Shown in pieces: positions 61,626 to 64,000 of a stretch of DNA of 64,000 bases; the first letter of the stretch is position 1; each line of letters opens with the position of its first letter. Position numbers and translations under genes: made by a program. The notes beneath the pieces were generated by a model. It searched no databases. It was not told the DNA's origin and worked only from the letters and a program-made list of their open reading frames with translations. The DNA lies in NCBI GenBank assembly GCA_903873585.1, contig CAIQOV010000007.1, positions 1,779 to 65,778 on the forward strand, written 5' to 3'. Source of the DNA: an uncultured Rhodobacterales bacterium. Lineage in GTDB: Bacteria > Pseudomonadota > Alphaproteobacteria > Rhodobacterales > Rhodobacteraceae.

Positions 61626-63112
61626 GACGACCACGCTCTACCGCCACACCCCAGCGCCCCTTTGGCCAGGTGCCGCTGGGAATTGCGCCGGTTGAGGTGA
61701 TCTCGACCGATCAGGTCGAAGCCATTCACGGGGCTGCGTTAAAACTGCTGGCGGGCACGGGGATCAAGGTTCTGCACCCCCCCGCCCGCGCGCTGTTTCA
61801 GGCGGCGGGGGCGGTGGTGGCGGATGAGATGGTTCGCCTTGACCCCGATCTGGTGATGGACCTGATGTCTAGCGTTCCGCCAACCTTCACCCTCGCCGCC
61901 CGCAACCCCGCTAAATCCTTGCGCTTCGGCGGGAGGGATATGGTCTTCACCTCGGTCGGCGGGCCTGCCTATGTGATGGATATCGACGGCGGGCGGCGCG
62001 ATGGTACCTTTGCCGAACTGTGCGAGTTTCTAAAGCTGATCCAAGGCATCAACGTGATCCACCAAGAAGGTGGTGGCCCGTTTGAACCGATGGACCTGCC
62101 CGCCGCCACGCGACATCTGGATATGTATCTGGCGCAGATCACCTATCTGGACAAAAGCTGGCAAACCCAAACCCTTGGCCATGCCCGCACGATGGATGGG
62201 ATCGAGATGGCCGCGATCATGTTCGGCTGTGCGCCTGAAGCTTTGCCGCTTAGCTTGCTTGGCATCATCAACACCAACTCACCCCTGCAACTCGATGTGC
62301 CCATGGCCGAAGGGCTGATTGCCATGGCCACCCACGGGCAGGTCAACGTCATCACGCCCTTCACGCTGGCAGGGGCCATGGCGCCTGTGTCCATCGCCGG
62401 TGCGCTGGTGCTCCAACACGCCGAGGCGATGGCGGGCATTTGCCTGACCCAGATCGTGAAAAAGGGTGTGCCGGTGATGTATGGCGGCTTCACCTCAAAC
62501 GTAGATATGCGCTCGGGCGCGCCGGCGTTTGGCACGCCGGAATATGCCAAGGCGGCGCAAGCCTCGGGCCAATTGGCGCGGCGGATCGGGGTGCCGTTTC
62601 GATCTAGCAATGTCACATCGGCCAATGCGGTCGATGCGCAGGCGGCTTATGAAAGCCAGATGGCGCTGTGGGGGGCGATCACCGGCGGTGCACACCTGAT
62701 CGAACACGCCGCAGGCTGGATGCACGGCGGGCTGACGGCCAGCTATGAAAAGCTGATATTGGATGCCGAGATGCTGCAAATGATGCAGGCTTGGATGGAA
62801 CCCATGGCCACCGATGACGCCGCCTTGGGGCTAGACGCGATTGCCGAGGCTGGCCCCGGTGGCCATTTTTTCGGTACGGCGCAAACCATGGGCAGTTATC
62901 AGACGGCCTTTCACCAACCCATGCTGTCAAACTGGGACAATTACCCCAACTGGCTGGAAAAAGGGTCCGAAGAAGCGCCGCGCCGCGCCAACCGGATCTG
63001 GAAAGAGGTGATCGCCGCCTATGATGAACCCAAGCTGGACGCAGGCACAGCCGAAGCATTGGCCGATTATGTTGCGCAGCGCAAAGCCGAGGGTGGGGCA
63101 CCGATGAACTAA
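61622..63112 (+). CDS. Trimethylamine methyltransferase (MttB) superfamily protein, non-pyrrolysine
   Basis: IINTNSPLQLD, TPFTLAGAMAPV, YGGFTSNVDMRSGAPAFGTPE, HAAGWMHGGL, GPGGHFFG; ATGA overlap with the upstream gene. Confidence 0.92.
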   Translation: MRRPRSTATPQRPFGQVPLGIAPVEVISTDQVEAIHGAALKLLAGTGIKVLHPPARALFQAAGAVVADEMVRLDPDLVMDLMSSVPPTFTLAARNPAKSLRFGGRDMVFTSVGGPAYVMDIDGGRRDGTFAELCEFLKLIQGINVIHQEGGGPFEPMDLPAATRHLDMYLAQITYLDKSWQTQTLGHARTMDGIEMAAIMFGCAPEALPLSLLGIINTNSPLQLDVPMAEGLIAMATHGQVNVITPFTLAGAMAPVSIAGALVLQHAEAMAGICLTQIVKKGVPVMYGGFTSNVDMRSGAPAFGTPEYAKAAQASGQLARRIGVPFRSSNVTSANAVDAQAAYESQMALWGAITGGAHLIEHAAGWMHGGLTASYEKLILDAEMLQMMQAWMEPMATDDAALGLDAIAEAGPGGHFFGTAQTMGSYQTAFHQPMLSNWDNYPNWLEKGSEEAPRRANRIWKEVIAAYDEPKLDAGTAEALADYVAQRKAEGGAPMN

Positions 63113-63125
63113 GGCGATGACGCGC

Positions 63126-64000
63126 TTATCCGCCCCAAGTGCGGCCCAAAAGCGCCAACCAGTTGTCGCAGCACAGTTTCTTCACCAGAGCCTCGCCATA
63201 TTGATGGTCCAGCATGGCTTGCTGCAAGGCGGGCAGGCCGGCCACATCGCCGATGCCTTGGGGGATGGTTGCGCCGTCAAAGTCAGACCCAAGGCCGACA
63301 TTGTCTTCGCCCAAGTGGGTGATCAGGTGGTCAAGGTGCGACAGCACATCCTCCCACCCCATATCCGCCGATTGCTTGCCATCGCGGCGCAGGAAAGAGG
63401 TGGCGAAGTTTAGGCCCACCATGCCGTTGGATGCCTTGACCACCGCCAGTTGCCGGTCGGTCAGGTTGCGGCTGGATTGGGTGATGGCATGGGCGTTGGA
63501 ATGCGTGGCGACCAAGGGCGCGGTCGAAAGGGCCGCGACATCGTCAAAGCCCTTTTCGGTCATGTGGCTTAGATCGAGCATGATTTTTAGCTCGTTACAG
63601 GCCACCACCAAGCGCTTGCCCGCATCGGTCAACCCGCCGCCGGTGTCGGGCGACGAGGGGTAGGCAAAGGGCACGCCGTGGCCAAAGATCGTGGGGCGCG
63701 ACCAGACGGGGCCAAGCGAGCGCAGGCCCATCGCGTGAAAGCCGTAGAGCGCATCCAGATCGGGGCCAATCGCCTCGGCCCCTTCCATATGCAGGATGCC
63801 CGAAATCACGCCTGCCGCCATATTGGCGCGAATCTCGGCCACGGAACGCACGATTTTGAACTTGCCCTGCGAGGCGCGCTCCATCCACAGCATATGGTTC
63901 GCCATGGCCCAAGCCGTGGGCAAAGCGCCTTCGGCAGAAATCAGCGCGGGCAGGGGCAGGCGGTAGGGCGGGTTTTCCATCAACTGGTGATAGTCGATGC
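63126..64000 (-). CDS. Membrane dipeptidase (peptidase M19) family; 5' end lies beyond the window
   Basis: HMEGAE, GPVWSR, DLSHM, ATHSNA, SRNLTD, GLGSDFDG; frame open to the window edge. Confidence 0.9.
   Translation of the reverse strand, partial: IDYHQLMENPPYRLPLPALISAEGALPTAWAMANHMLWMERASQGKFKIVRSVAEIRANMAAGVISGILHMEGAEAIGPDLDALYGFHAMGLRSLGPVWSRPTIFGHGVPFAYPSSPDTGGGLTDAGKRLVVACNELKIMLDLSHMTEKGFDDVAALSTAPLVATHSNAHAITQSSRNLTDRQLAVVKASNGMVGLNFATSFLRRDGKQSADMGWEDVLSHLDHLITHLGEDNVGLGSDFDGATIPQGIGDVAGLPALQQAMLDHQYGEALVKKLCCDNWLALLGRTWGG

Noticed and set aside
61622-63112. Pyrrolysine in the MttB homologue
   Set aside because: The frame has no internal TAG and no pyl genes are present

Overview
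GC-rich chromosomal segment of an alphaproteobacterium, most likely Rhodobacteraceae/Paracoccaceae (inferred from gene content: mcl, phaAB, aa3 oxidase subunit IV, COQ9, DUF1244, long SelD, MttB homologue). Positions 1-41 kb are mostly core genes: pheST, rpmI-rplT, pyk, argH-lysA, accA, mcl, phaAB, ispB, greA, ETF-QO, ispE, mobA and sua5. An elongator tRNA-Met with an acceptor-stem mismatch follows, then a P4-type integrase remnant and accessory genes: an AlsR/AlsB-like sugar operon with a xylose-isomerase-family enzyme, and arsR-arsC-aquaglyceroporin. The right end holds rpsU-COQ9-qor, a highly expressed-looking secreted protein, a BKACE-GNAT-HDAC operon, a fused selD and a TMADH-like flavoenzyme coupled to an MttB homologue. 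Non-coding highlights are a threefold tandem amplification (~260 bp unit) of the divergent acd/sua5 junction, two REP-like hairpin families, a greA leader terminator and a cuckoo-like hairpin. No CRISPR array, rRNA or intact mobile element was seen. All assignments come from reading motifs by eye, without database searches. Comparisons to reference proteins and to synteny in relatives are from memory and need confirmation.
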